Shown here: piece by piece, positions 8,740 through 18,612 of the stretch
How the letters are laid out: each line of letters opens with the position of its first letter
Numbering within the stretch: the stretch's first letter is position 1
IMG/VR virus record: IMGVR_UViG_3300024999_000072
Span: 18,602 to 82,601 of that record
Origin: a virus
Length of the DNA: 64,000 nt
Reading direction: 5' to 3' (one strand)
Program-made: the position numbers and the translations under genes
The notes under the pieces: model-generated
What the model was told of the DNA's origin: nothing
Database searches by the model: none
What the model saw: only the letters and a program-made list of their open reading frames with translations

Positions 8740-9839
8740 TTCTTAATAGTGGCCTCCCTGGGATCTGGCTTGTTATCGATAGGGAGATTGTTCTCGTAGT
8801 CGTTCAGAACTAACTGACGGCACTGCTGGCGAGCAACATGGGGATTCGTGAGGTGTTTTCCGAAACGCTTTACGAAGATATCTTTCTTGGTTTCGTCCGG
8901 GTAGGTTTCAAGCAGGAAGTCTCTGTATTCTATCCACGTCTTGTAATTCTTCGGCAGTTTTTGAACTCTTAGCATCTTAGAATCTTTGCCGTACAGATTG
9001 CCAATACTGATACCCTTAACCCTTTTGAGCAACCGATTATAAGTACTAGGTTCAAACTCCGGCAACTCAACCAGCGCCTTGAAGGACTTCTCGTGGATTA
9101 AACTAGATACGCGGATTTCCTGTATCCCCATGCCCTTTTTGTACATATAGTCATAGATTTTCGAATACTTCAATTTTGTATCATAGATATATTTCCATAT
9201 ATCATGGAAATTCCAATCATAGAGAGGATAGAAGGCAACGCTTCCGCGTTTCATCTTAGTGCACCAGAAAGTATTTTGGTACCCGGGATTCTTAGCGACA
9301 GCTCGCCACCGGTTGGGGCTTTCCGTGGCGCGTAGGCCAACGAGAAAGGCTGTATTTTCGCGGGAGTTCTGAAAGTTTTCTAACGCATCATAAAACCCAA
9401 ATCCTTTGTTTTTATCCCTGACGGTTTCCGTTTCTATGGGCCATGGTTTGTGCTGAATGGAACCGGTTTTCTTACTACGCATCCACAATTTGTGTTTGCC
9501 AGCTTCCCAGCATATGAGTTGGCCTTCCGTTAGACTCGTGGCGTTGGTGAGCTTAAATTCGATCTGTAGCCATAGCGGGATAGTGTTCTCAGGATACAGT
9601 TTCATGAGGTACTCAATCTGCTTAATTGTGCTGTCGTATACCACCTCTTCATCCAGAAAGAATATGCCGATCTTTCTTCCGCGTTTATTAGCCTCCAAGA
9701 GCGCTAAATGAACCAAGACCGTGCTATCCTTGCCGCCACTTATCGATACAACAATGTTCTCGAACTCGTCAAAAATGTACGACATCCTCTCCTTTGCCGA
9801 GACCAGTACCGACTTATTTATATAAACTTGCTTGAGCAT
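8721..9839 (-). CDS. ibrA: IbrA-like PAPS-reductase-family (PP-loop) protein
   Basis: VSISGGKDS, VGLRATESPNR, YPLYDW; adjacent to IbrB. Confidence 0.88.
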   Translation of the reverse strand: MLKQVYINKSVLVSAKERMSYIFDEFENIVVSISGGKDSTVLVHLALLEANKRGRKIGIFFLDEEVVYDSTIKQIEYLMKLYPENTIPLWLQIEFKLTNATSLTEGQLICWEAGKHKLWMRSKKTGSIQHKPWPIETETVRDKNKGFGFYDALENFQNSRENTAFLVGLRATESPNRWRAVAKNPGYQNTFWCTKMKRGSVAFYPLYDWNFHDIWKYIYDTKLKYSKIYDYMYKKGMGIQEIRVSSLIHEKSFKALVELPEFEPSTYNRLLKRVKGISIGNLYGKDSKMLRVQKLPKNYKTWIEYRDFLLETYPDETKKDIFVKRFGKHLTNPHVARQQCRQLVLNDYENNLPIDNKPDPREATIKKWRELL

Positions 9840-10689
9840 AGATTGAATCCAACCTCGCTTTCCACGTTACAAACTCGTTAACAATCACGGTGTCGATAGG
9901 TAGGGTGGTGCTTAGATATTTGATCTTGGCCATGCCAGTCGTTTTAATAAAATCGTTAAAACTTAGTCGCCGATAGTGAGTGTCAATAACAATGTATTTT
10001 CCTTGTTTATCTATTTCGTCATAGGTTTTGACGTTATCTAGCTTGAATCGCTTGTTTCTTGCGACGTATAACTCCTCAGGGATAATTGCACATTTCTTAA
10101 GATCACCAGCGAATAGTTGCAGGGACCTCGGTATAGTATCTGGGTCCTTATTACCCAAATTATCGAAGAGTTGGTCCCGTTTTTTCGCGTATTGCTCCTT
10201 ATTTTTGTCAGTGATCTCAACGTTGATTGTTTCGATCTTGACGCGGAAGGGCTTAATCTTAATATCCTCAGCTTGCAAAAATACATAATCAAAGGACTTC
10301 CCTTTGTATTTGCCTTTATTATCAAAGTCCAATAAGATCATGAAATCGTTCTTATCGGAGATGATCGGGAAGAACTCAAAGATAATCTTATGTGGAGTCT
10401 GGTTAAGATAGTGGTGAGCACAGTTGTAGATCAACTCACTTCGGTTCGCGGTCCGCATGCAGCCATCCATAATGATAAGGCATGTATTATCTATCTCTTC
10501 AAGAAGTCGGTAGAAGAACTTATACATTTCGATGTCTGCGTACTCGATGTACTCGATGTCGATTGGTACGCTGTACTTGACCGGAAACTTCTTGAAGTAG
10601 AAACAATAGACTTTTTTGATGTCGGTTGCTTGCAGATATGCGTCGATTTCCTTTTGTTTCTCACGGCTGTTTAGGCCTATTCTGATCAT
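9814..10689 (-). CDS. Hypothetical protein, possibly degenerate helicase-like
   Basis: Coupled between SNF2 and IbrA; LIIMDG may be a Walker-B remnant. Confidence 0.7.
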   Translation of the reverse strand: MIRIGLNSREKQKEIDAYLQATDIKKVYCFYFKKFPVKYSVPIDIEYIEYADIEMYKFFYRLLEEIDNTCLIIMDGCMRTANRSELIYNCAHHYLNQTPHKIIFEFFPIISDKNDFMILLDFDNKGKYKGKSFDYVFLQAEDIKIKPFRVKIETINVEITDKNKEQYAKKRDQLFDNLGNKDPDTIPRSLQLFAGDLKKCAIIPEELYVARNKRFKLDNVKTYDEIDKQGKYIVIDTHYRRLSFNDFIKTTGMAKIKYLSTTLPIDTVIVNEFVTWKARLDSIYAQASLYK

Positions 10690-12098
10690 AAACCCTTAAT
10701 CAACTCCCTAAGTTTGTTTTTATCACCTTGAGACTTCTCCACCTCCTGGCGAAACGATGCGGCGGCATTCTCCTTGTTAGACAACGCTTTATTGATCCTA
10801 TCGTCAATACTTCCGGAACAATAAATATCGATGTAAGTTACGTCATGCTCCTGGCCTATGCGGTGGTCCCGGTCCTCGGCCTGTAAACGTTCAGAGTACT
10901 TAAACCCGTTGTTGTAAAATATGACAAAGTGCGACTCATTCAAGGTTAGGCCGTGGCCGCCACAGCTCGGGGTTGACACAAAGAACCGCGCTGGTCCTCG
11001 GAATAGTCCAACTTGTGCGGGACGGTCCTTTTCCTTGATCCCTCCATGGAATTGTGAAACAGAATCCTCGCCGTACTTATCAGACAGAGCTTTTACTATC
11101 CCGCGTATATCATACATAAACTTGGCCCAGACAATGATCTTCTTGCCCTCAGGGATATCCGCAACCGCATCCATAAATGTCTCCATCCGGTAATGTCGGA
11201 ACTCGAATAACTTCATTTTGCCCTTAACGCGGTAATTCCAGAATCCACATACGATCTCCTGCAGGGCCGTAAACATGCGGAAGATAGAAGTCGAGTTAAA
11301 ATCTTCGCGGTCCAATTCGGCTAGGAATTTCTCTTTGGCTAAGTGGTATTCGTGAGCTTGTTTATCAGTCATATGGAAATATCGTGTTTCGTAGAGTTTT
11401 TTAGGGAGATCAAGACATTCCTCTTTTGTAATTTGGTAGACATACGGCTTAGTTTTAGCGGCTAGGTATGCGGTGTTGTGGCTCCTCACAATCCGACCCG
11501 GGAACTTCTCGGAATACTCAAGGTGGTTGGCAGCAAAACTGTAGAAGGAGTTATACCCGAGGATCTTGGGCGAGAGAAAACGCATCTGTGCGTAAAGGTC
11601 TACAACACCTTGGGAGAGGGGAGTGCCGGTTAGAATTAGGCGATACCTTGAGCGCGCGCTCATGGCCGTGATCCGTGTCGTGCGCTTTGAGTCGTGGCCC
11701 TTAATATAGCTCGATTCGTCCAAGATAACGAACGTTTTAGCCGTGATTAGCTTATTCGCAGCCAAGACCATGCGTGTACTACTACTCATCGACTCGATGC
11801 CGATAATATACCACAACGCCTTCGGTATTGATCGCTCCCGCGTCTTGCTCCCAAAAACGTAGATATCGGCATCGGTGCAGTCGGTGTGCTTGAGTATCTC
11901 TTGCCGCACGGTTTCTTTGAGTGATACTGGACAAAAGTAAACAACCTTGTCTATCTTATGTTGGCGACGGTAAACAATTTCGAAGGTTGTTCTCGTTTTC
12001 CCTGTCCCCATGTCCATGAAGAGTCCGCCTATGGTAGTGGGAACCATTTTTTCTACAGCCGGTACTTGGTGGGGGAGAAGGTTAGTCTTTAAATTCAT
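10686..12098 (-). CDS. SNF2-family helicase/ATPase
   Basis: MDMGTGKT, ILDES, LTGTP, GLTL, QAEDRDHRIGQ. Confidence 0.95.
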   Translation of the reverse strand: MNLKTNLLPHQVPAVEKMVPTTIGGLFMDMGTGKTRTTFEIVYRRQHKIDKVVYFCPVSLKETVRQEILKHTDCTDADIYVFGSKTRERSIPKALWYIIGIESMSSSTRMVLAANKLITAKTFVILDESSYIKGHDSKRTTRITAMSARSRYRLILTGTPLSQGVVDLYAQMRFLSPKILGYNSFYSFAANHLEYSEKFPGRIVRSHNTAYLAAKTKPYVYQITKEECLDLPKKLYETRYFHMTDKQAHEYHLAKEKFLAELDREDFNSTSIFRMFTALQEIVCGFWNYRVKGKMKLFEFRHYRMETFMDAVADIPEGKKIIVWAKFMYDIRGIVKALSDKYGEDSVSQFHGGIKEKDRPAQVGLFRGPARFFVSTPSCGGHGLTLNESHFVIFYNNGFKYSERLQAEDRDHRIGQEHDVTYIDIYCSGSIDDRINKALSNKENAAASFRQEVEKSQGDKNKLRELIKGL

Positions 12099-13242
12099 CC
12101 AACACCTCCGTATCGTCAGGTATTTCTAGCACTGGAGCCCTGCTTGTTACAACGGCATAATCCTTTTCTTTCGGCTCCATGGCGATGCCGATAATCGAGT
12201 TATTACGCACCTCCTCTGCTCTTGTGATAACATCCCTAGCTCCGCTCGAAATCTCAAACTTATACATCTCCGCAAAGTCTAGCACCTCCGCGAAGTGCTC
12301 AGGCGAAACGACTACATTCGGCTTATCGTATTTTGCACCAGTGATGGATTTAGCTCGTCGATACAGATTTTCGTCTCGCGACCACGAAATAACGAACCAT
12401 CCGAAGTATTTACCCTCTACTACACGAGATATCCACCGTGTACATTCTGGTTTGTAGTCGGCGTTAATTGCTCTCTCGCGGATCTCAGCGTCGAAGATCC
12501 GGATGGAGAACCCTGCGTATAGGAGTTTGTTTCCGGCTTCAGCAGCGCGGTCCTCAATGGTGCCATTCTTCATCCTTATTCTTCGTTTCCATGATCCTTC
12601 GGACCATACCATGTTTAGTTCTTTTTTCACAAGTTCGCGGAAACTATCTCGTTTCTCGGGGAATCTTATTTCTAGCAGATCGTCAAGGATGCGTATTTCT
12701 GCGACAGTCTCAGTTTTCGGATTCTCCGGCCGGACGGTGGCTTCCGCAAGAATATCCTTGACAACTTCCTTAGGCGGCATAATCTCTTCATGCTTGATCG
12801 TTTCTAATTCTGCGTTTAAAAGCTTCATGACCCCTAGTGAGTCCCTAACTAAAAACCGTCGATCTATCCACCAGTGGGCTCTTGTTTTTCCCGCCTTGAT
12901 GTGTTCGATCGCATCCCGCATATTGGCTTGGGTATCAATGTGCCCTAATCGCTTATCTGCCGCAACCGAATCCATGTATGAAAGCAGTTCTATCCTGATT
13001 GATTCGGCCCACGGAATCTGCTTCTCTGTGCCGGTTAGTGCAGGGAGATTGTTATCCTTCGCGGCTTCGGCAGCTTCTCGGTTCGCCTCTTTGCGACGGC
13101 GTTGCAGATCGACTTGGTAGCATTCGGAGCAGAGCTTGTCGGCTTCGATGTGTTCTAATTTCCATTCGCAGTCCTTAGTTTTCCCGATCAGGGCCACGGT
13201 TTCCTCGTGGCCGCAGGAGCGGGTGACGGTGTAGTTAGCCAC
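12082..13242 (-). CDS. Conserved mobile-element protein with N-terminal Zn site
   Basis: SCGH...CSEC and LPALTGTEKQIPWA motifs; GTG start inferred. Confidence 0.75.
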   Translation of the reverse strand: MANYTVTRSCGHEETVALIGKTKDCEWKLEHIEADKLCSECYQVDLQRRRKEANREAAEAAKDNNLPALTGTEKQIPWAESIRIELLSYMDSVAADKRLGHIDTQANMRDAIEHIKAGKTRAHWWIDRRFLVRDSLGVMKLLNAELETIKHEEIMPPKEVVKDILAEATVRPENPKTETVAEIRILDDLLEIRFPEKRDSFRELVKKELNMVWSEGSWKRRIRMKNGTIEDRAAEAGNKLLYAGFSIRIFDAEIRERAINADYKPECTRWISRVVEGKYFGWFVISWSRDENLYRRAKSITGAKYDKPNVVVSPEHFAEVLDFAEMYKFEISSGARDVITRAEEVRNNSIIGIAMEPKEKDYAVVTSRAPVLEIPDDTEVLDEFKD

Positions 13243-13798
13243 TGCCCCACATCCAAGCCACAAACTTGTCAGCGTCCCATCCTAGCTCATCGCACGCGTC
13301 GAAGATGGAATCCATCCAGTCGGGATGATATTCATTACCTTCGCCAACGATCTTGTCAACTGACTTGAGATACTGAGCAAATGCTTCGCGTCCTTCTTTG
13401 CCTAACTCTACGAGCTCAGGGATCGACTTGAATTTTAGTATTTCGGACATCCAAAACTTTTTACGATAGATCTCTTCCATATCGCTTGGCTTTGCATATA
13501 CCTCGACGTGATCATAATTTCCCTCGTTCACGATCTGGTTAAAAAATACGTCAACTTGCAACATCTGATCGCTAATCGTCATGTGAGGCGCAGGTGTAAC
13601 CTTAAAGCTAGAACCATGATCAGGCGCTACTCGCTTACTTGCCCACACTTGACTAATCTCATTATCCTTAATACGGATCTCAATAGAGAATTCACCGAAA
13701 GGATATTCTCCGGTTACGACAACTGCGTAACGACCGTGGCCGAACTTAAAGTTTTTTACTGCTTCAAACGCTTCGCTGGTTAGTTCTATTAGGTTCAT
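13235..13798 (-). CDS. Hypothetical acidic protein
   Basis: RBS AAGGAGG before ATG 13798. Confidence 0.75.
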   Translation of the reverse strand: MNLIELTSEAFEAVKNFKFGHGRYAVVVTGEYPFGEFSIEIRIKDNEISQVWASKRVAPDHGSSFKVTPAPHMTISDQMLQVDVFFNQIVNEGNYDHVEVYAKPSDMEEIYRKKFWMSEILKFKSIPELVELGKEGREAFAQYLKSVDKIVGEGNEYHPDWMDSIFDACDELGWDADKFVAWMWGSG

Positions 13799-13888
13799 GG
13801 CTTCATCCTCCTTATTTCTGGGCCTATAACCCTTGAGCGCCGCACCCTTTCGGGTGGTCCTGGCTTGCACAGGACTGGGCCTAGCGGG

Positions 13889-14110
13889 CTAGGAAATTTC
13901 AGGATACAATGTCTCGTTAATCATCTCCTGAAGCTTCTTCGCTTCAGGAATCATCCATTTCGGCGAATTTTTAGCCTGTTCTGAATCAGGCTCACATATC
14001 GAATAGTGCTCCCCATCCCAATTCCGAATATAGACAGTAGGTGATCCCATAGATGTCCTGACCACTATTTCTGGCCCTAGCTCCCATTTACCGATTTCAA
14101 TTTTTTCCAT
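13889..14110 (-). CDS. Small acidic hypothetical protein
   Basis: Preceded by the hairpin-RBS repeat. Confidence 0.75.
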   Translation of the reverse strand: MEKIEIGKWELGPEIVVRTSMGSPTVYIRNWDGEHYSICEPDSEQAKNSPKWMIPEAKKLQEMINETLYPEIS

Positions 14111-14153
14111 TTCGTAACGCCCTTTCGCCGGATTGGCCCGGCTGGCCTAATTC

Positions 14154-14363
14154 CTAAACTCCAAACATCGACCATTCTTCCTCGATTGCTACTGGCTGTA
14201 ATCCACTCAGTACCTTTTCTCTAAGTATGCTTAATTTACTTTTCTCCATCAGCATGCTGTCAAATTTTTCGCGTCCCATTAATGCAACCTCATTGTTGAT
14301 TGTATCAAGTTTATCATTCAGTAGGTCCAGGACTGTTTTTAGATCATTTTTATTTAGTTCCAT
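14154..14363 (-). CDS. Small helical hypothetical protein, first gene of leftward operon
   Basis: RBS plus sigma-A promoter upstream. Confidence 0.75.
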   Translation of the reverse strand: MELNKNDLKTVLDLLNDKLDTINNEVALMGREKFDSMLMEKSKLSILREKVLSGLQPVAIEEEWSMFGV

Positions 14364-14385
14364 TTCATTCCCTCGCTCTCAACTC

Positions 14386-14427
14386 TTGATCTTAATTAAT
14401 TATACAGCACGTTACGTTATGCGTCAA
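14386..14427 (-). promoter_or_regulatory. sigma-A promoter homologous to the one at 4369-4410
   Basis: TTGACG-N17-TATAAT, GTTACGT in spacer, shared TTAAGATCAA leader. Confidence 0.75.
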
Positions 14428-14500
14428 GGGATAAACAGGGGTATTTTCGTAATAATTTACGAATAAAAAAAGCCCCCACTTTCGTCAGGGACCAATAATT

Positions 14501-15370
14501 TCACACCTTCGTCCGTGTTTTACCAAGTTCGAACTCGTGAATCCTTGCGGTCAAAGTCTGAATCCGATCTTGGAGAGTATCGATTTTGACCGTATATTCG
14601 TCTTTAAGTTTAGCTGTTGATTCGAGCACACGATTATTGGCATCGATCCCTGCCGCATGAATCTGCAGGTCAGCCATTTTTTGCATAGAGGCCAATTCGC
14701 CGGCATGAGTCTTTTCTCTGGTTGTAATAGCTTGCTCTTTGATTTCGATCACATGGAGATGTTGAGATGATTCTGTAATGAGTTTTTCGATTTGGCGCCG
14801 AGACTCTTTGCGCTGCGCCCTAAGCTCTTGTACTTCAGCTTCCATTTCAGCCACGGTCCCGATCCGCGCCTCCAAGGTTTCGTTTTGATTTGTTAGTAGC
14901 TCGATAGTTATACGATTAGATTTATTAACGGCTTCAAGCTCGCTATTTCTCTCAGAAAGCTCTTTGAGCTGATCCTGAATTTCGGCCAAATCCAACCGAG
15001 CTTTGTCGCGCTCAACTTCAGCATGAAGACGACTCTTATCTACCTGGTCGACAATTCCTTGATGCACTCGTTTTTCTTGATCGATGCTTTCTGTGAAGTT
15101 TTCCTTCAGGTCATGAAGTTTCTGGACCATGTTTGTAAAGATTGATTCGGCATGGGATAGGTGGTAACGAAGCTGCTGCATATCCTCGGTTTGCTCAGTG
15201 TCGCTACTGGCTAATAAATTCGTTTTGAATTGTGTAACCATGGCCGCGAATAGTTCTTTTTGGCTAAGGCCAGTTACTTTTAATAGCTCGCCCACAGATT
15301 CAGTAATGTCACTTGTGGTTTTTACCGAGTATGTAGGCGGGACTGCCTTAATTTCCTTTTCATCCGACAT
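14501..15370 (-). CDS. Long coiled-coil protein with putative N-terminal DNA-binding domain (KfrA-like architecture)
   Basis: Heptad-rich; promoter TTGCAA-N17-TATAAT (15463-15491) followed by GTWWACT repeats. Confidence 0.65.
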   Translation of the reverse strand: MSDEKEIKAVPPTYSVKTTSDITESVGELLKVTGLSQKELFAAMVTQFKTNLLASSDTEQTEDMQQLRYHLSHAESIFTNMVQKLHDLKENFTESIDQEKRVHQGIVDQVDKSRLHAEVERDKARLDLAEIQDQLKELSERNSELEAVNKSNRITIELLTNQNETLEARIGTVAEMEAEVQELRAQRKESRRQIEKLITESSQHLHVIEIKEQAITTREKTHAGELASMQKMADLQIHAAGIDANNRVLESTAKLKDEYTVKIDTLQDRIQTLTARIHEFELGKTRTKV

Positions 15371-15550
15371 GATTTAAAACCTCCTCCAAGATAGGTATAC
15401 TTTTTACCCTTGATATAAGCGGTGTTTACTTAGGTAAACTTGTAAACTTTTTGTATACTATTATTATAGCGCCAATATTTGTTAGTTGCAAGAGCATAAA
15501 AAGACACCGGGGATTAAACCCAGTGCGATAAGGTGTTGTAAAAGGAGAGC

Positions 15551-15754
15551 TTAGCCGCTCTCCTTTTTGTTTATCCCGATCTTTATTTCGTAGACCGACT
15601 TTTCAATCTCCCTCACCGACTCGATCAACTCCGAATTTGCCTGTCGTACACCATTCCTGACAGCCATCTTGATTAGGTAGTAGAGGAGAATGAGGGACAG
15701 GAACCATAGGCAGAGGAAGAGAAGAGTGTTAGGGAGAAGGAATGCGTCGTGCAT
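15551..15754 (-). CDS. Small single-TM protein
   Basis: Hydrophobic N-terminus then IKMAVRNGV. Confidence 0.7.
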   Translation of the reverse strand: MHDAFLLPNTLLFLCLWFLSLILLYYLIKMAVRNGVRQANSELIESVREIEKSVYEIKIGINKKESG

Positions 15755-15777
15755 GGGATCATTCCTTTCAATAGTGG

Positions 15778-16752
15778 TTAATCATTTTGCGATATTACGC
15801 TAATCGTATCGGTCTTATAATCTGATTTAGCCGTAACGTTTTGAAGGATTAATGCCCCGAAGGCATTTTTAGCCCTGTATGTCATCTTAACGATTAAGTG
15901 GTCGCCTTTATCCGAGTATGTCGTTTTTTCGTGATCGAAGCTCTTTGGGTCGTTCAGGTTCTTTTTGAGTAAATCTACCAGATGGGTATGCGATCCATCC
16001 CAAACGCTAAATTGCCCCTTAACCCATGTCTGGTATTGCTTTTGGGTATATAGTCTTTCAAAATCCTCCTTTACCTCAGCTTTCTCGGAATCTTTTAGAT
16101 GGTTGAAATATTTGTCTTCAATTTCGGCGAAATGCTTTAATTCATCTTCAGTAAATAATTTGTATTGGCTCATAATCAATAACGCCTTATCTGAGTCTGT
16201 AATCTTAGCTGCCTCAGCTTTTTCGCGAGCTATCTGCTCAGCGGTCTTCCCTGGTTGTGAAGCTGTCTTTGGCGATGTGGCATCTTCTCCTCCGACGATA
16301 TTTCCGATCGCGCCAAATATAACTAGATAGCCCACGATAGCTACAGCCATTTTCCACTTAGTCTTCGACCGAAAACCTAAGATTTTATTCCACCATTTTC
16401 GAGGAATTTCCTCTAAGCGTATATTGGTATTTGCTGTAATTAAAGAAGCAACTTCTTTGCCTTTTTGGTTTACCTTTAATTCATAAGTCCTGGTATCGCT
16501 TTTTAGCATAAATACTGACTGAGTAAACAAATGGTCAACGGTTGCACTTGTCCAGTTCTCCCACTTATCTTCGGACAACTTACTGGCAGACCCGTTCTTA
16601 AAATCGTACTGCTCAAATCCCGTAGCCGAAAAGACTAAATATGAATTTGACTTACCTTGAACATTCGTGACAAGCGCCGGAAAGATTCCTAACTGATTTA
16701 AATAAATCTTAAATGCGTCTATCGGTTTTTGTTGCTTCTCTTTCTTTGCCAT
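15778..16752 (-). CDS. Membrane-anchored protein
   Basis: Central TM; C-terminal YRAKNAFG domain; AGGA-N17-GAAG promoter-like element at 16791-16815. Confidence 0.8.
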   Translation of the reverse strand: MAKKEKQQKPIDAFKIYLNQLGIFPALVTNVQGKSNSYLVFSATGFEQYDFKNGSASKLSEDKWENWTSATVDHLFTQSVFMLKSDTRTYELKVNQKGKEVASLITANTNIRLEEIPRKWWNKILGFRSKTKWKMAVAIVGYLVIFGAIGNIVGGEDATSPKTASQPGKTAEQIAREKAEAAKITDSDKALLIMSQYKLFTEDELKHFAEIEDKYFNHLKDSEKAEVKEDFERLYTQKQYQTWVKGQFSVWDGSHTHLVDLLKKNLNDPKSFDHEKTTYSDKGDHLIVKMTYRAKNAFGALILQNVTAKSDYKTDTISVISQND

Positions 16753-16859
16753 TTAACACACTCTCCTAATCTTCGCATACAATTATATCTCTTCCTTATA
16801 AGCCGGGCTATTCCTGCAACTCGACAGGATTAATTGTTTTACGCTAAGTTTTGCAACGG

Positions 16860-17546
16860 TCACAACGCCAGCAACGGCAAGAGCTTCAACAACATCAGCG
16901 CAACTCCTCCGAGTATGAGTGTGTTCCCAACTGCCTTTGCGGCTTCCGGAGTGGGGGCAGGTGCAGGGACCTCATCCCTCGGATTAACAACCGATTCGAT
17001 ATCAACGTCCGTGACCAAATGATTCTTCACAGTCCCGGCAAAGTCCTCAAAGTTGCGGTTATCCCTAAAATGTCTCCCGATCTCAACTGTGATTTCATCC
17101 GTCACCCCGTGATCCGGGTCAATCGTCCGTTTGTATTTAAAAACATCTTTGTCGTATCTACCGTTATTGAGTTGGCCTTTGATCTTATTCTTCAAGTAGT
17201 TACCTATCTTATTACCAACGTTATCCAACCTACTTGCATCCATTGTTCGTGGTATACCGATGGCTATTTGTTTTCCTTTGGCTATCCTTTCCCATGTTGA
17301 TAATGGTGCGTAACCCAGTGCTGGATGATCCTCTGACCAGAACATTCCGTTGAGGGAGATGGGGTTATTTTGTGGCATTGGATAGAGATAAAACGCGAAT
17401 GGGGAAGTGTTCAGATAGGCGCTAGGGGTTGTTGCTTGTGCCATGAAGGGGTTTGATAGGGAGATGCCAACTAGAATCATCAGCGTGGCAATGGCGAGTG
17501 TACGACGAACAGTAGACTTGCGCAGGACTAAGATCATATTAATCAA
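16860..17546 (-). CDS. Exported protein with C-terminal membrane anchor
   Basis: Signal-like N-terminus, Pro-rich linker, hydrophobic C-terminus. Confidence 0.7.
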   Translation of the reverse strand: MINMILVLRKSTVRRTLAIATLMILVGISLSNPFMAQATTPSAYLNTSPFAFYLYPMPQNNPISLNGMFWSEDHPALGYAPLSTWERIAKGKQIAIGIPRTMDASRLDNVGNKIGNYLKNKIKGQLNNGRYDKDVFKYKRTIDPDHGVTDEITVEIGRHFRDNRNFEDFAGTVKNHLVTDVDIESVVNPRDEVPAPAPTPEAAKAVGNTLILGGVALMLLKLLPLLAL

Positions 17547-17730
17547 CCTCCAATTTTGCCTTTAATTCTTCTAGGGATTTCAGAAGTTTCTCTATAGTTT
17601 CCCTATCTGGTGGGGAAATCCTCAAAAGAGTATTCAACTTGGCAAACATTACAATCATCTTCCAATACCATATTTCGGCAGTAATCCTACTCTTAATCAC
17701 CCCGACAATTGGTTTTTTCACGCGAAACAC
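17539..17730 (-). CDS. Small hypothetical protein
   Basis: Translationally coupled within operon. Confidence 0.6.
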   Translation of the reverse strand: MFRVKKPIVGVIKSRITAEIWYWKMIVMFAKLNTLLRISPPDRETIEKLLKSLEELKAKLEVD

Positions 17731-17731
17731 C

Positions 17732-18409
17732 TCACTTCATAAAATCTTTGGGGTCAACAGCCTTCCCTCCAATCCTAATCTCAAAATGCAGGTGAGGACC
17801 TGTTGAATTCCCGGTAGTCCCGATCTCAGCAATCTTGTCACCGCCTAGAATCATCTTTCCCTCCGGTACTAATACCTTTGAGCAGTGGGCGTAAAGCGTT
17901 CCGTAATTATTGCCATGATCGATGATGATGTACAGCCCATAAGTACTATCTTCAGCAACTTTCTCCACCGTTCCGGGACGACTAACCCTAATCGGATCGC
18001 CTATCTTCCCAGCAATGTCCAGTCCGTGATTGTTCTCGTTGTAGCCTTGGGTAACTTTTCCCTTCACCGGCCAATCAAACTTCGCATTGCCGGTTAATCT
18101 CTCCCAAATCCCCTGATATCCTACGCTCCCGGCCGGGGAAACGGCATCTCCGATTTGCTTCTGGACCCCTTTGCTTTCGCCGAGTAAATCATTAACCTTA
18201 TCCCGTCCTTGGCTATAGGTCTGAGCGGCTACATGAATATCGTTACTGAGTTGTTTAAATGGTGCGGCTACCCCAGACAGGACCATCAACCCAAGACTAA
18301 CGACACCTAACCACTTAACGAGCATCGCCATATCTTTGCCGGCAGAATGACGAACGTATAAATAAACAACCAGATACAAGGCACTTAGCCTAACAAAATC
18401 AGCGATCAT
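17732..18409 (-). CDS. Membrane-anchored M23/LytM protein with degenerate first Zn motif
   Basis: YAH and TGPHLHFE present; HxxxD appears as NHGLD; two N-terminal TMs. Confidence 0.9.
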   Translation of the reverse strand: MIADFVRLSALYLVVYLYVRHSAGKDMAMLVKWLGVVSLGLMVLSGVAAPFKQLSNDIHVAAQTYSQGRDKVNDLLGESKGVQKQIGDAVSPAGSVGYQGIWERLTGNAKFDWPVKGKVTQGYNENNHGLDIAGKIGDPIRVSRPGTVEKVAEDSTYGLYIIIDHGNNYGTLYAHCSKVLVPEGKMILGGDKIAEIGTTGNSTGPHLHFEIRIGGKAVDPKDFMK

Positions 18410-18612
18410 TTGAACACATCGCCAATCTGCTTAAGAAAACCGATAGAAGCGGCAAGGACCATTCCAGAAACAGAAATTAGCGCAAGGGTTTCAGCGTAAT
18501 AAATCCACTCAGACTTCCCGAAAACTTTAAGACCCAGCTTTATAACTTGGAGACCAACCGCAATCCCGAGTATTGAGAGGATTGGGGCTGCCGCTGAGAT
18601 TCCTGGGAACAT
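18406..18612 (-). CDS. SpoIIIAC-like 2-TM protein
   Basis: 68 aa, two TMs joined by GKSE and ending FLKQIGDVF; matches the SpoIIIAC pattern by eye. Confidence 0.6.
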   Translation of the reverse strand: MFPGISAAAPILSILGIAVGLQVIKLGLKVFGKSEWIYYAETLALISVSGMVLAASIGFLKQIGDVFK

